Source: Pseudomonadota bacterium
Lineage (GTDB): Bacteria > Pseudomonadota > Alphaproteobacteria > Caulobacterales > Caulobacteraceae
Assembly: GCA_023386645.1 (NCBI GenBank)
Contig: JAEWJI010000007.1
Coordinates: 4,243 to 68,242, forward strand
Direction: 5' to 3'
DNA length: 64,000 bases
This document shows positions 63,521-64,000 of the stretch, in pieces. Below the pieces are notes generated by a model. It did no database searches. It had not been told where the DNA came from and saw nothing but the letters and a program-made list of their open reading frames with translations. A program made the translations under genes and the position numbers. Within the stretch, counting starts at the first letter, position 1. Each line of letters starts with the position of its first letter.

Positions 63521-64000
63521 TCAGGCCGCCTGTCGCCTGAGCCGCCAGAAGCGGAGGGTTCGCAGCGCCGCGTCCCGGTCCAGTTCGGCGTAGAGGCGGG
63601 CGTAGCCGTGGGCCTTGGCCATGGCGTCGCCATCGGCGTTCAACAGGACCACGGCGTAGGTCAGGAACAGCGACCGGTCCAGGTCCGCGGCCTTGCAGAC
63701 CACCGCCAGGGCGTCGAGCTCGCCCCGGTCGATGATCCCCTGGGCGGTCGGAAAGTCGAGGTCGGCCATCTGGGCCAGGGCGACGGTGAAGGCGGTCCGG
63801 CTGGGCGAGCGCAGGAAGCGGACCAGCATTTTGGGCGACAGCTCGCCGGCGGCGCTGAGCTCCTGCACATAGGCCAGACTCTCGGCGTAGTCGGGCGGCA
63901 GCACCCCGTCGTCGGTCTGGACCCGGGCCCGGCCGGCGGCGAGCGCCGCGTCCAGCAGGGCCGGGTCCATCCGGGCGTTCCGCTCCAGGATCTGCTGGCG
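63521..64000 (-). CDS. DUF2336 domain protein, 5-prime end beyond window
   Basis: The C-terminal half resembles 60573..61796 (ends ...AALRTLRFWRL). The frame stays open upstream of ATG 63970 to the window edge. Confidence 0.7.
   Translation of the reverse strand, partial: RQQILERNARMDPALLDAALAAGRARVQTDDGVLPPDYAESLAYVQELSAAGELSPKMLVRFLRSPSRTAFTVALAQMADLDFPTAQGIIDRGELDALAVVCKAADLDRSLFLTYAVVLLNADGDAMAKAHGYARLYAELDRDAALRTLRFWRLRRQAA

Overview
Very GC-rich alphaproteobacterial chromosome segment. Gene content and order look Caulobacterales-like: CtrA matches my memory of Caulobacter CtrA along almost its whole length, and flgBC-fliE and fliQR-flhB-cckA are syntenic. I support about 70 protein genes. 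They fall into four groups. (1) Three separated flagellar export/rod blocks: flgB-flgC-fliE, fliQ-fliR-flhB, and fliI...fliJ. (2) A concentration of cell-cycle regulators: cckA, chpT, ctrA, a multi-TM DivJ-like kinase, mucR, and a GafY/GafZ-like pair next to ctrA. (3) Housekeeping genes: icd, alaS, recA, prfC, cysK, folE, cysQ, sufE. (4) Many secreted or unknown-function genes. I recognised no rRNA, tRNA, CRISPR array, transposase, integrase or phage structural gene. The most interesting signals are these. (a) Five scattered secreted proteins have unrelated passenger domains but share one C-terminal PTLTEWAMI-helix-Arg tail (IPTL-CTERM class; to my knowledge no sorting enzyme is assigned). A sixth tail survives as an untranslatable fossil. 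(b) A gafYZ-like locus (gene-transfer-agent activator type) lies divergent to ctrA, is chained by ATGA overlaps, and the gafZ-like part is split by an apparent 1-nt frame change. (c) A four-helix-bundle (23S rRNA IVS-protein family) gene sits outside rRNA, enclosed by inverted arrays of 7/14-bp tandem repeats that also supply its start and stop codons. (d) A DUF559 gene is bracketed by two copies of an approximately 110-bp palindromic doublet, part of a dispersed hairpin family that shows compensatory base changes. (e) A signal-peptide hydrolase lies between fliI and fliJ and has no canonical start codon. (f) chpT is followed by a TTG-start single-domain receiver and an orphan cheR. Most long ORFs in the six-frame track that run antisense to these genes are high-GC shadow ORFs and were rejected.
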